Below, in pieces: positions 18,207-27,587 of a stretch of DNA of 64,000 nt. Source of the stretch: a virus; IMG/VR virus record IMGVR_UViG_3300001533_000699. One strand, given 5' to 3'. Under the pieces are notes generated by a model. It saw only the letters and a list, made by a program, of their open reading frames with translations, was not told the origin of the DNA and ran no database searches. Each line of letters opens with the position of its first letter. Position 1 is the stretch's first letter. Both the position numbers and the translations under genes were made by a program.

Positions 18207-19153
18207 TAGAATTCAAAGACAAATATTTTCCAGTGTTAGACCATGGTTTTTGTGCACTCGTAGATTACATGGGTGACGATACAGCTATTACAAGAGCGGC
18301 ACGGTGTAGTTATGGTGCTGGTAATAGAAGTGTATCTGATGACCGAGGTTTAATACGCACATTGATAAGGGAAAAGCATACTAGTCCATTTGAAATGTGT
18401 GAAGTTGTATTGCATGTTGGCTTACCAATATTCGTTGCGCGTCAATGGATAAGACATAGAACGGCAAGTCTAAATGAATATAGTGGTAGATATAGTATAA
18501 TGCCGTCTATATACTACACGCCAGATAATGATAGACTACAAGTGCAACACGCTAAGAATAAGCAGGGAAGTGGGCCTGTATGTATTGACGAAGACGCAAA
18601 GACCGAAATCAGCACACGGCGTGATGCGCTACGTCATTTTATTACTAACCACTATAATCAATGTCTAGAATTTGACCTTGCGCGTGAATTATCTCGTATT
18701 GACCTACCTCTTAGTACATATACTTTTTGGTATTGGAAGATTGACCTAAAAAACCTACTACATTTCTTACGGCTTAGGCTTGACCAACACGCTCAGTGGG
18801 AAATTCAACAATACGCTAAAGTCATAGCTGGTCTAGTAGCAAAGTGGGTGCCATTAACATGGGAGGCGTTTGTTGATTATGAGTTATGTAGTACAACATT
18901 CAGCAGACCAGAATTAAAAATACTTGATATTTTGTTCTACGCGCAAGAATTAGATATTGGCACATTAACAAACGAGCACATGTATTATATTCGTGGTTTA
19001 TGTGATAAAAATGGTCTTACAGGTAGAGAACAAGATACATTTATAGAAAAGCTCAAATGTCAACCAAACCTCCCAGCTCATATTGAACTAAACGTTAATA
19101 ACGCGAAGACCCCAGAATTTTACCAACAAATGATAAATCAAGGTGTAGTATGA
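18203..19153 (+). CDS. thyX: FAD-dependent thymidylate synthase
   Basis: HTSPFE, ARQWIRHRTASLNEYSGRY, RELSR, HAQWEI. Confidence 0.97.
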   Translation: MIEFKDKYFPVLDHGFCALVDYMGDDTAITRAARCSYGAGNRSVSDDRGLIRTLIREKHTSPFEMCEVVLHVGLPIFVARQWIRHRTASLNEYSGRYSIMPSIYYTPDNDRLQVQHAKNKQGSGPVCIDEDAKTEISTRRDALRHFITNHYNQCLEFDLARELSRIDLPLSTYTFWYWKIDLKNLLHFLRLRLDQHAQWEIQQYAKVIAGLVAKWVPLTWEAFVDYELCSTTFSRPELKILDILFYAQELDIGTLTNEHMYYIRGLCDKNGLTGREQDTFIEKLKCQPNLPAHIELNVNNAKTPEFYQQMINQGVV

Positions 19154-19764
19154 CAAAAAAAGTAGTGTGGGAACAATGGAAAGACCCATTGATGTCTAAT
19201 CAAACTGAAGACGTTATACCTGAATATGATAATGACTATAACAGTGGATTAAATAAACCAGTTCCTCAACCGTTCATACATACGCAATTTGGATTGCTGG
19301 CTATTATGAATCACATGTCAGCAAGTAATCACTTTGATTTTTGGATGATGCATACTAATTTTAATATAACTCATGATTTTGCTATTATGATTGAGGCATT
19401 GCCGGGCGTAGAAACAATTGAAGTTTACACTAGATATCGAATGCGTCTTGGTTTTCCAAAGTCTGGTCTATTTAAGTCTAATGAAATCATGAACCACATA
19501 ACAGAAATCATTAAACAGTTAGACACAGAAAAGACTAAACTGTTATTATCAGGTTTTGAAGAACAAATACAACAAAAGGTATTAGAAACTACAGGTCAAG
19601 TCTCAGAAAAATATCCTATATGGGCTATCTGGGTTGCGCCAAATGGCAAGATTGATATAATTGGTGCGGAGGTAAAAGATGAGATTTATGAGCATCAATT
19701 TAGTGTAATAACCAATGCACAAGAAGAGGTTGGTGGCACCATTTTAACATCAGAGGAATATTAA
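19150..19764 (+). CDS. conserved phage hypothetical protein
   Basis: ORF in operon. Confidence 0.6.
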   Translation: MTKKVVWEQWKDPLMSNQTEDVIPEYDNDYNSGLNKPVPQPFIHTQFGLLAIMNHMSASNHFDFWMMHTNFNITHDFAIMIEALPGVETIEVYTRYRMRLGFPKSGLFKSNEIMNHITEIIKQLDTEKTKLLLSGFEEQIQQKVLETTGQVSEKYPIWAIWVAPNGKIDIIGAEVKDEIYEHQFSVITNAQEEVGGTILTSEEY

Positions 19765-20456
19765 TGCCTAGTCCAAAACGTAGAAACATATCTCAACGTA
19801 GTGAGATGATATATGATGTACATAACTTTGGTATTATACTTGATACTAGAGAGATTTTTATTTCACCACCATTAGATGAATCATTAGAAGTAGCTTGTAT
19901 CGACCACAGGGTATATCATCAGTTTATTCGTAATCTACAGATTCTGAATAGTATAGGCAACGAACCAATTTTAGTACATATAGGTAGTTGTGGCGGTGAT
20001 TGGCACTATGGTTTAGGTATATATGATGCTATTTATGCTAGTTGTCAAGATGAAAGGTCTTCAGATATTGTTGTTTTATCGCATGTTCATGCGCGCAGTA
20101 TGTCATCCGTTATTCCCCAAGCAGCCACGTGGCGTGTTTTGATGCCCAACATAGATTATCTCGTTCATTATGGTTCGTATGGGGATGAAGGTAATTACAC
20201 AAATGTGATGGCTAACATGGAGTGGTATAAAAAGGCCAATGAAGTAATGTTGTCTATATATCTTAAACGTATTCGTGAGGGACAGTTTTTCAAGAGAGAG
20301 GGCTTGGACGACAAACAAATTTTGACATGGTTGCGTCAGACAATCGACCAACGCCAAGAGTTTTATATGACACCTAGAGAAGCTGTGGATAAGGGGTTCG
20401 CAGACGCTATCCTTGGCGATGAAGGATTCGAAACCATTGATAAACTACGAGAATAA
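19764..20456 (+). CDS. ClpP-like protease subunit
   Basis: REIFI, S.GG....GLGIYD, ARSMSS, LVHYG, YMTPREAVDKGFAD. Confidence 0.8.
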   Translation: MPSPKRRNISQRSEMIYDVHNFGIILDTREIFISPPLDESLEVACIDHRVYHQFIRNLQILNSIGNEPILVHIGSCGGDWHYGLGIYDAIYASCQDERSSDIVVLSHVHARSMSSVIPQAATWRVLMPNIDYLVHYGSYGDEGNYTNVMANMEWYKKANEVMLSIYLKRIREGQFFKREGLDDKQILTWLRQTIDQRQEFYMTPREAVDKGFADAILGDEGFETIDKLRE

Positions 20457-20458
20457 TA

Positions 20459-20944
20459 ATGAGAAGAAATAAAAAACAAATTACAAATGATGAATTATAT
20501 GAAGCTAAACAAAAATATGCGTACACAATAAAAAGAACAACAGAACAATATAGGCATGTATTATCTATTGAGGTAAGAGAAGCATGTGGGGATATGGCTT
20601 TATGGAAATGCCTTCAATGCTATGACCCAAGCTTTAACCAGTCTGTGTCGTCATCATTATTTCGCTTTATACATTGGGAATGTCGTAGAGCACTAAGAGA
20701 CCTTAGACCAAAAACACCACACAGTCAATTACATGAAAACGTAACACAAGACGAGACACAGTATTTAAACATGATTATAAATGACTGTTTAGGTGTCTTA
20801 TGTAGTAGAGATAGACGTATAATAGAAGACAGATACCTATATCAATACACTTTACAAGAGATAGCAAATAAAGAAGGATGTTCCAGACAGGGTGTTAAGC
20901 ATATTATTGACCGTTGCTTAAATCGAATGTCTAAAGCATCTTAA
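20459..20944 (+). CDS. sigma-70 family sigma factor
   Basis: LWKCLQCYDP region 2-like; YTLQEIANKEGCSRQGV region 4 HTH. Confidence 0.75.
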   Translation: MRRNKKQITNDELYEAKQKYAYTIKRTTEQYRHVLSIEVREACGDMALWKCLQCYDPSFNQSVSSSLFRFIHWECRRALRDLRPKTPHSQLHENVTQDETQYLNMIINDCLGVLCSRDRRIIEDRYLYQYTLQEIANKEGCSRQGVKHIIDRCLNRMSKAS

Positions 20945-21028
20945 TTTTGGTGTATGTACTGTATGGATAGTGGAATCTTTATTGTGGGACACAGGAAAGT
21001 ATTGTGATATAATAAAAAGAGGTAAAAA

Positions 21029-21577
21029 ATGTCTAACAACAAAGCGCACACAGACCTATATAGCAAAGCTATAACAGCAAATGATTTACATGATAATGGT
21101 GCTACTGTTCTAATGGGTGGTGATATTGATAGCTCAAAGACCGTAACAAATGCACCAGACTTAGCTATTACAGGCGCTGGTCGTAAAGCTCAGCCTGGAC
21201 CAGTACAAAGCGCACATACTGGCGCAACATACGCTAATATAAACGGCATATTTGCTAAATTAACAGCGGGTCAATATGCAGTAAAGGGTGGAAACATTAC
21301 TACACAACTTGCTGGTGTAGCATATCGTGGTCTACGAGGCGGCGGTAACGCTAACCAAATTCGCAGCATACACACGCTATTGACACGTTCTACAGTCATT
21401 ATTGATTCTTGGAATTACGCAACTGGTGTTGCAACTATAAATGAAGGTAGCCCAAGTTCAGACGATTTTGATTCTGGTAGTTACGCAACACCAACACGTG
21501 CCCTACCCGGTAATTTAATCGTTAATGAAACAGGTGGTACACCAAGCACAGAAGCTTATCAAGAAAAAACTGGGTGA
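21029..21577 (+). CDS. hypothetical protein (Gly/Ala/Thr-rich, possibly virion)
   Basis: strong RBS GAGGT, composition, followed by terminator. Confidence 0.6.
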   Translation: MSNNKAHTDLYSKAITANDLHDNGATVLMGGDIDSSKTVTNAPDLAITGAGRKAQPGPVQSAHTGATYANINGIFAKLTAGQYAVKGGNITTQLAGVAYRGLRGGGNANQIRSIHTLLTRSTVIIDSWNYATGVATINEGSPSSDDFDSGSYATPTRALPGNLIVNETGGTPSTEAYQEKTG

Positions 21578-21589
21578 ACTATGATTTAA

Positions 21590-21625
21590 AATCTGGGGTG
21601 GGAAACCACCCTAGATATTTATTTA
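21590..21625 (+). terminator. intrinsic terminator
   Basis: ATCTGGGGTGG-GAAA-CCACCCTAGAT followed by ATTTATTT. Confidence 0.7.
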
Positions 21626-21660
21626 TAGTATCTACCAGTAACACCACGGAGTAACCACCA

Positions 21661-22038
21661 ATGAATGAACATAATGAATGCCCATTAACAACTCAAGAAA
21701 TATGTATTATGAAATTTCGTAATATTAAAGGTGCTTTAGCTGCTATACTTGGGTTGTTTACTGTACTTTTGGCTCTTGTAATATATGCCAGTAATCAAGC
21801 TTCTGGAGCAACAAATCAGTATATCAACGTAAAAGAGCGTATGAATACGTTATCGCTAGAAGTCAATACACAAACTATCGAACGCAAAGTTTCTGATAAA
21901 GTAATAATGACAAAAATGGCAGAGCTACAAGAAGAACTAGTGGCACAGAGGCATGAGCAAAGGCAACTACTAGAACGTATTTTATCACTACAGATAGAAT
22001 TTGCTAAACAAATGCGACTTGACAGCAGTCAAAATTAG
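21661..22038 (+). CDS. membrane protein with coiled coil
   Basis: TM segment GALAAILGLFTVLLALVIYA then heptad-rich C-terminus. Confidence 0.6.
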   Translation: MNEHNECPLTTQEICIMKFRNIKGALAAILGLFTVLLALVIYASNQASGATNQYINVKERMNTLSLEVNTQTIERKVSDKVIMTKMAELQEELVAQRHEQRQLLERILSLQIEFAKQMRLDSSQN

Positions 22039-22046
22039 TGTATAAT
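22019..22046 (+). promoter_or_regulatory. sigma70-type promoter for second tRNA cluster
   Basis: TTGACA-16 nt-TATAAT. Confidence 0.75.
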
Positions 22047-22081
22047 ACAAGTACCCCGGCGACAGGGATAATTGTCGCGCC

Positions 22082-22149
22082 GCCGATGCGAACGGGTTCG
22101 GGTCTGGTCTTGTAAACCGGACTACTGGGGTCAGCACCCAGCTTCGGCT
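22082..22149 (+). tRNA. tRNA-Thr(TGT), atypical
   Basis: CTGGT-CTTGTAA-ACCGG; tiny D-arm, non-canonical T-loop GTCAGCA. Confidence 0.55.
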
Positions 22150-22228
22150 CTGACGAATGCGGTGATGCATACATAAACCAATGACATCGTTTATACGAAG
22201 TGCATCACATCACTAGTCGTCGTTTTTA

Positions 22229-22299
22229 GGCAGTGTGTGTTTGGTAACACAGTATCCCTCATAAGGATATCATGGTCAGTTCGATTCTGCCCTCTGCTA
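22229..22299 (+). tRNA. tRNA-Met/Ile2(CAT)
   Basis: TATCC-CTCATAA-GGATA; TTCGATT T-loop; 4-nt D-loop. Confidence 0.75.
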
Positions 22300-22301
22300 C
22301 T

Positions 22302-22375
22302 AGCGGGTGGTAGGCGTGGTCGCCTTTCTGGTCTCATAAGCCAGAGTTTCAGAGGTTCGATTCCCTGGCCCGCCA
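22302..22375 (+). tRNA. tRNA-Met(CAT), 1:72 mismatch
   Basis: CTGGT-CTCATAA-GCCAG; AGCGGGT/GCCCGCC. Confidence 0.75.
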
Positions 22376-22378
22376 CTT

Positions 22379-22490
22379 AGGCACACAGAACTTGAAAGAC
22401 CGAATGTGGTTACATCGGTACGGTGGCAGAGAGTTCGTGTGTCTTTTATTTAGTCGGGTTCGGGTTAACATTTATTAATACTGCCACCGA
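22379..22490 (+). ncRNA. candidate pseudoknotted RNA between tRNAs
   Basis: stem AGGCACAC.GAACT/AGTTC-GTGTGTCT, inner hairpin ACCGA.TGT/ACATCGGT, 9-bp CGGTGGCAG/CTGCCACCG crossing pair. Confidence 0.5.
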
Positions 22491-22491
22491 A

Positions 22492-22563
22492 GACCCTATA
22501 GTCTAAAGGTTAGGACAGCAGACTCTCAATCTGCAAATCGGAGTTCGATTCTCCGTAGGGTCA
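22492..22563 (+). tRNA. tRNA-Glu(CTC)
   Basis: GACCCTA/TAGGGTC, GCAGA-CTCTCAA-TCTGC. Confidence 0.93.
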
Positions 22564-22576
22564 CTGTGTGTATTAT

Positions 22577-22660
22577 GGCGTTGTGTCGAAATTGGTATAC
22601 GAGCCTGTCTCAAAAACAGGTGGGTATTAGCCCGTGCGGGTTCGACTCCCGCCAACGCTA
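22577..22660 (+). tRNA. tRNA-Leu(CAA)
   Basis: GGCGTTG/CAACGCT, CCTGT-CTCAAAA-ACAGG, variable arm. Confidence 0.92.
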
Positions 22661-22695
22661 CTTATGGTAAAGAGCCACTATTATTAACAAAAAAC

Positions 22696-23409
22696 ATGAA
22701 GTTAATTTTTAGCGTACTAGACCGAACGGACCTATGGCCTCATTTTCAGGCTCATTATCAAGCACAAGGCGTAACTCAGTTTTTGTGTATTACTTATGGT
22801 CCTAAGCTAGACGGCGCAATAATGATTCCCGCCTCTATTTCTAGTCAATCTTTCACAGGTGTAAATGACGCCAACCAACACAATCGAGTTATTCAGCAGT
22901 TTGTGTCTCAAAATGAATGGTGTGTAATAGCAGACCTAGACGAGTTTGCTATAGTTAATGATGGAAGTTCAACATTAATAGACGCATGTACACAAGCACA
23001 AAAACAGCATTATAATGTAATTACTGGTGTAATGCTGGATAGAGTAACACGAGACGGGCACTTCCCTGCTAACTTGGAAGAGAACATATGGCAACAGTTT
23101 CCCATAGGTATGAATGTCACAGGTAGTATAGTTGGTGGGTGCATAGATAAGGTTGTGTGTTTGCAAGGAAATATTAGAGTGGGTGGTGGTCATCACTATC
23201 CACTGCAAAATGCTCATGTGCGTCAATGGCACAAGAAAATAAACGTACATCACTTTAAGTGGTGGGGTACAAACCCAACACAATTCTTTCTTAAACGTAT
23301 TCACGAAGGAAAAGAACAGCCATACACACAGGAACTAAATCGTTTGAATGAATACTTATGTAACAATAACAACCACATCGATGTATGTATAGAGCAAGAT
23401 AATGTCTAA
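22696..23409 (+). CDS. glycosyltransferase family 2/92-like
   Basis: HF..HY...GV, WCVIADLDEF, GGGHH, HHFKW. Confidence 0.75.
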   Translation: MKLIFSVLDRTDLWPHFQAHYQAQGVTQFLCITYGPKLDGAIMIPASISSQSFTGVNDANQHNRVIQQFVSQNEWCVIADLDEFAIVNDGSSTLIDACTQAQKQHYNVITGVMLDRVTRDGHFPANLEENIWQQFPIGMNVTGSIVGGCIDKVVCLQGNIRVGGGHHYPLQNAHVRQWHKKINVHHFKWWGTNPTQFFLKRIHEGKEQPYTQELNRLNEYLCNNNNHIDVCIEQDNV

Positions 23410-23704
23410 GGTAAACGTTCGTTTTCTGAGCAACTTTATAACACGTGTCGTTCGCACACAAGTAAATGGCGACGGCAACCTATCAGTAAAGACCATAGAT
23501 AAGCATATTGGTGTGGGTGAAATTTATAGACTGGAACAGTATGAACGTAATGCTGCCGGTAAACTTGACCTACATCTTAGTGATGGTGTTGTAATGCGTA
23601 ATCTAGAGCCAGAGTGTTGTGAAATAATTGATGCTCAAGCCAACGCTGATAAAAAAGCATCTACTAGTGGTGGGTGCGGTTGTGGTGGTACAGGTAAAAA
23701 ATAA
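23402..23704 (+). CDS. hypothetical protein
   Basis: ORF with C-terminal GGCGCGG. Confidence 0.55.
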   Translation: MSKVNVRFLSNFITRVVRTQVNGDGNLSVKTIDKHIGVGEIYRLEQYERNAAGKLDLHLSDGVVMRNLEPECCEIIDAQANADKKASTSGGCGCGGTGKK

Positions 23705-23716
23705 AGGAGATAAAAT

Positions 23717-24046
23717 ATGGGTTCAGTTCGTTTTCTAGATGACATGGAGTTAATTGTTAATAAAGACGGGCAAGATATGCCAGTAAAAATTAACGCTGGA
23801 GATATTTATGGTGCTACTTCAATCACAGTAGACTCAGATGGTTATTCAGACATATCGCTTAAAGACGGTAGGGTTTTTATGGGTGTTCTGTCATCGTTGT
23901 TTGAAAATATGGGTAACAAAGTAAAATGTATATATGTTGAAGAAGTAGAGCCGCCAAACGTTGAAGAGTTTACAAATGAAGACCTTTTGGATTTAAACGC
24001 AGAGGAATATGATGAACCAGATGCAAGTACGTTTAGAGGATATTAA
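23717..24046 (+). CDS. hypothetical protein
   Basis: AAGGAG RBS. Confidence 0.65.
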   Translation: MGSVRFLDDMELIVNKDGQDMPVKINAGDIYGATSITVDSDGYSDISLKDGRVFMGVLSSLFENMGNKVKCIYVEEVEPPNVEEFTNEDLLDLNAEEYDEPDASTFRGY

Positions 24047-24221
24047 AACTAACACACATCTTTTACAGTTTTACGCAAAAGCTAGCTGTAAAAAATGTCG
24101 TGGTCGTGGCGTGAATGAATTTAGTGTTTCTAGAGGTAAACAGGTTCATAATTATGTGTTGTTATGTGACTGTGTCATCAAAGCAGTACGCCGTGAGGTA
24201 AACGAGTTACAAAATGGGTAG
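24009..24221 (+). CDS. small zinc-binding protein
   Basis: CKKCRGRG ... CDC. Confidence 0.5.
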   Translation: MMNQMQVRLEDIKTNTHLLQFYAKASCKKCRGRGVNEFSVSRGKQVHNYVLLCDCVIKAVRREVNELQNG

Positions 24222-24348
24222 AACATTTCGTAAAAAAGATAGAGAACAACACCGTAAACAAAGGAAACGTGAAAAACGTCGCACCAAAGATGACAAAACA
24301 AATGAAGAGTGGGGTAAACCACAACGACGCTCCCCAAGAAGTCCGTGA
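24214..24348 (+). CDS. small basic protein
   Basis: MGRTFRKKDREQHRKQRKREKRR...; fills the gap between flanking genes. Confidence 0.45.
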   Translation: MGRTFRKKDREQHRKQRKREKRRTKDDKTNEEWGKPQRRSPRSP

Positions 24349-24826
24349 ATACATTGCACAGATGTCCCAGTATCATGTTGAAAATCAACGTCCATGCTGG
24401 GATATTACTTTTATGAATATAGCGCATGAAATAGCTAAACGTAGTCCAGATACACAAACGAAAGTTGGAGCAGTAATCGTCAATGCTGCTAAGCATATCA
24501 TTAGTGTTGGGTATAATGGTTGGATGCCTGGCATAGACGATGACGTTATTCCAAATATCCGGCCATATAAACATGACTGGGTCATTCATGCGGAACTCAA
24601 CGCTATTCTAAATTGTGAGCATCGACCTCATAACGCAACACTGTATTGTACGCATCAACCTTGTATTCATTGCTTCAGCGCTATTGTAGTTGCAGGTATC
24701 ACCGAACTGGTGTATATTGATTCTAGCACTACAAATACTCAAGACAAAAAGATTGAGTGGAAAACAGCAAAATACTTAGTTAAGGACAAGATATCAATAC
24801 GTAAATTAGAGTTGGAGAATATATAG
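24269..24826 (+). CDS. dCMP deaminase
   Basis: RSPD..TKVGA, GYNG, HAELNA, PCIHC; true start probably slightly downstream. Confidence 0.92.
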   Translation: MKNVAPKMTKQMKSGVNHNDAPQEVREYIAQMSQYHVENQRPCWDITFMNIAHEIAKRSPDTQTKVGAVIVNAAKHIISVGYNGWMPGIDDDVIPNIRPYKHDWVIHAELNAILNCEHRPHNATLYCTHQPCIHCFSAIVVAGITELVYIDSSTTNTQDKKIEWKTAKYLVKDKISIRKLELENI

Positions 24827-24827
24827 A

Positions 24828-27281
24828 ATGCCTAGTTATAAAGAAGCGCTGAAGGCTAGTTTAGAATACTTTGATGGTGATGAGTTAGCAGCAAAAGTAT
24901 TTGTAGATAAGTACGCCTTAAGAACAATTGATAATGAATTAGTTGAGCTTACACCTACAGATATGCATAGACGTATAAGTAAGGCATTGTATGATGTTGA
25001 GGTACAGAAGTTTGGACAAGACGCACTGTCTGAACAAACTATTTTTGATGCTTTGGACAAATTTCGGTACATCATTCCGCAAGGCGGCTGTATGTCAGGT
25101 ATCGGTAGTCCTAGCTTTGTCACATTGAGTAATTGCTATGTCGTAGACCCGCCAAAAGACTCTTATGGCGGCATCATGCTCACTGATGAACAAATTGTAC
25201 AGATAAGTAAGAGAAGAGGCGGTTGTGGAACCGATATTTCTAAACTACGACCAAGAGGCGCTGTAACACATAATTCTTCTCGGACAAGTACTGGTCCTGT
25301 GTGTTTCGCTGATAGATTCTCTCATTCTATTAGAGAAGTCGGCCAAAACGGAAGGCGTGGCGCGTTAATGTTAACTATGGATGTACATCATCCAGATATT
25401 CTTGATTTCATTAACAGCAAAACAGACAAAACGCGACTTACTGGTGCTAATCTATCTGTGCGTTTGTCAGACGAATTCCTTTGTGCTGTGCGTGACAATA
25501 CCACATATGAACAAAGATGGCCGGTAGATAGTGATAAGCCACAAATAAGCAGGGAAGTGTGTGCCGCTGATGTGTGGGAGGCGATTACAAAGAATGCTCA
25601 CGAACATGCAGAACCGGGGGTGTTGTTTTGGGATAAGATTCTAAGTGAAAGCCCAGCAGATTGCCATAAGGAATTCAAAACCGAGGGCGTTAACCCATGC
25701 TCAGAACTAAGTTTGTCAATCTTGGATAGTTGTCGTTTGTTGTTGATTAATGCATTTAGTTTTGTTGAAAAGCCATTTAGTAAAAAGCCTGTATTTAATT
25801 GGCGTAAGTTCTATGAATATGCTCGTATGGCCCAGCGTCTCATGGATGACATTATAGACTTGGAGCTTTACTATATTAAACGTATAATTACAAAAATACA
25901 AAACGATGACGAATCATTAGAACTCAAACACCGTGAATTAGATATGTGGTGGCGCGTATACAATAATTGTGAGACTGGTCGTCGTACTGGTACTGGCATC
26001 ACTGCGTTAGCTGATACACTTGCGGCCCTAAACCTACCATACGCATGTAAAAAGTCATTAAAGTTTGTAGACCGCATATACAAAACCTTGAAATTCGGAT
26101 GCTACACTGCATCTATTGACATGGCTAAAACTATCGGCCCATTTGCTGTGTGGAATGCAGAGAATGAAAGTCGGTGTCCATTCTTTTTGCGTTTCGCTGA
26201 AGAAACATGTGATATAGAAGATACTATTATTGATGGTAGTAGTGTAATGGCAGATATGATGAAATACGGCAGACGTAATATTGGGCTTTTAACTAGCTCG
26301 CCTGCTGGCTCAACAAGTCTAGAAACACAGACTTCATCAGCCATAGAGCCAGTATTTGCTTTGTCAACAACTAGACGAAAAAAGGGTAATCCATCAGACG
26401 AAGATTTTCGAGTTGATTTCATAGACGCAAAAGGTGACCACTGGATGGAGTTTACTGTGCTACACCCAAAACTAAAGATGTGGTGTGATATAACAGGCGA
26501 ACAAGATATAACTAAATCTCCATGGAACGGTAGTTGCGCCAAAGACTTAGACTATACATACAGAATTAAACTACAGGCTACTGCTCAACGCCACATAGAC
26601 CATAGTATATCAAGCACAATTAATCTTCCTGCTGATACCACGGTCGAACAAGTACAAAAGATATACATGCTTGCATGGGAACTTGGATGCAAAGGTGTTA
26701 CGGTATATCGTGATGGATGCAGGGATGGCGTTATTTTAGATAAGGTTGCAATTGACAAGCAAAAATCTTGTGGTACAATACAAGATAAGCGACCACGGAT
26801 ATTGCCGTGCGACGTACATCATACTTCTGTACAAGGCCAAAGCTACTTTGTTCTTGTGGGGTTGCTCGACGGGAAACCATATGAGGTTTTTGCTGGAAAA
26901 AACGGATTTATTCCTAGTAAAGTCAAATCAGGAACTATTACTAGAAAACGAAAGAACTTTTATATAGCGCATTTTGATGATACGGATGACGAATTGTCAC
27001 CTATTACTGCCGCAACTACTGAGATGGAAGAAATGATAACTAGGCTTACTTCATTAGGGTTGAGGTATGGCGCGGATATGCACAAGGTTGTGCAACAACT
27101 AGAAAAGGTTGGGGAAAGAAAGGCTATGAATAGCTTTGCTAGGGGTGTAGCTCGCGTATTGAAGAAATACATAGTAGATGGCACATCGGAGAATGAGCAG
27201 TGCCCTGAATGCAAGTCGGATATGATTAGGCAAGAAGGTTGTGTAAAATGCACTAGTTGTGCTTGGACACGATGCTTATAA
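24828..27281 (+). CDS. nrdJ: adenosylcobalamin-dependent ribonucleotide reductase (class II)
   Basis: TLSNCYV, GRRGALM, NPCSE, GCKGVTVYRDG, C-terminal EGC..C..C. Confidence 0.93.
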   Translation: MPSYKEALKASLEYFDGDELAAKVFVDKYALRTIDNELVELTPTDMHRRISKALYDVEVQKFGQDALSEQTIFDALDKFRYIIPQGGCMSGIGSPSFVTLSNCYVVDPPKDSYGGIMLTDEQIVQISKRRGGCGTDISKLRPRGAVTHNSSRTSTGPVCFADRFSHSIREVGQNGRRGALMLTMDVHHPDILDFINSKTDKTRLTGANLSVRLSDEFLCAVRDNTTYEQRWPVDSDKPQISREVCAADVWEAITKNAHEHAEPGVLFWDKILSESPADCHKEFKTEGVNPCSELSLSILDSCRLLLINAFSFVEKPFSKKPVFNWRKFYEYARMAQRLMDDIIDLELYYIKRIITKIQNDDESLELKHRELDMWWRVYNNCETGRRTGTGITALADTLAALNLPYACKKSLKFVDRIYKTLKFGCYTASIDMAKTIGPFAVWNAENESRCPFFLRFAEETCDIEDTIIDGSSVMADMMKYGRRNIGLLTSSPAGSTSLETQTSSAIEPVFALSTTRRKKGNPSDEDFRVDFIDAKGDHWMEFTVLHPKLKMWCDITGEQDITKSPWNGSCAKDLDYTYRIKLQATAQRHIDHSISSTINLPADTTVEQVQKIYMLAWELGCKGVTVYRDGCRDGVILDKVAIDKQKSCGTIQDKRPRILPCDVHHTSVQGQSYFVLVGLLDGKPYEVFAGKNGFIPSKVKSGTITRKRKNFYIAHFDDTDDELSPITAATTEMEEMITRLTSLGLRYGADMHKVVQQLEKVGERKAMNSFARGVARVLKKYIVDGTSENEQCPECKSDMIRQEGCVKCTSCAWTRCL

Positions 27282-27306
27282 TCTATTATTTAAGGAAATA
27301 AACACA

Positions 27307-27576
27307 ATGACACACCCATTAGGAACACGTACTGATGAACCAGTTGATGAACAACTACGGGAGTTCACTATCTGGTTGGAAGGCTATCTCATCACCGGTG
27401 GTGGTGGGGGAGCAGTGTTTGAGGGAACATGGAAGGGGAAAGACTTCCGTGATGCTGTGTTGAGAATGGTGAAAGCCAAGGGTCTTGACGACAGCAACTT
27501 CAACGAGGAACGACTTTCATATTGGGGGTGTCGCTACTTCGATAATGAGGCTGACGCCCGCCGGACTTTTGGATAA
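27307..27576 (+). CDS. hypothetical protein
   Basis: ATG after AAGGA; YWGCRYFDNE.DAR.FG C-terminus. Confidence 0.65.
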   Translation: MTHPLGTRTDEPVDEQLREFTIWLEGYLITGGGGGAVFEGTWKGKDFRDAVLRMVKAKGLDDSNFNEERLSYWGCRYFDNEADARRTFG

Positions 27577-27587
27577 GGATTGAAGCG

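Noticed and set aside
22082-22149. tRNA-Tyr(GTA) call
   Set aside because: The 7-nt loop CTTGTAA centres on TGT (Thr), and there is no long variable arm.
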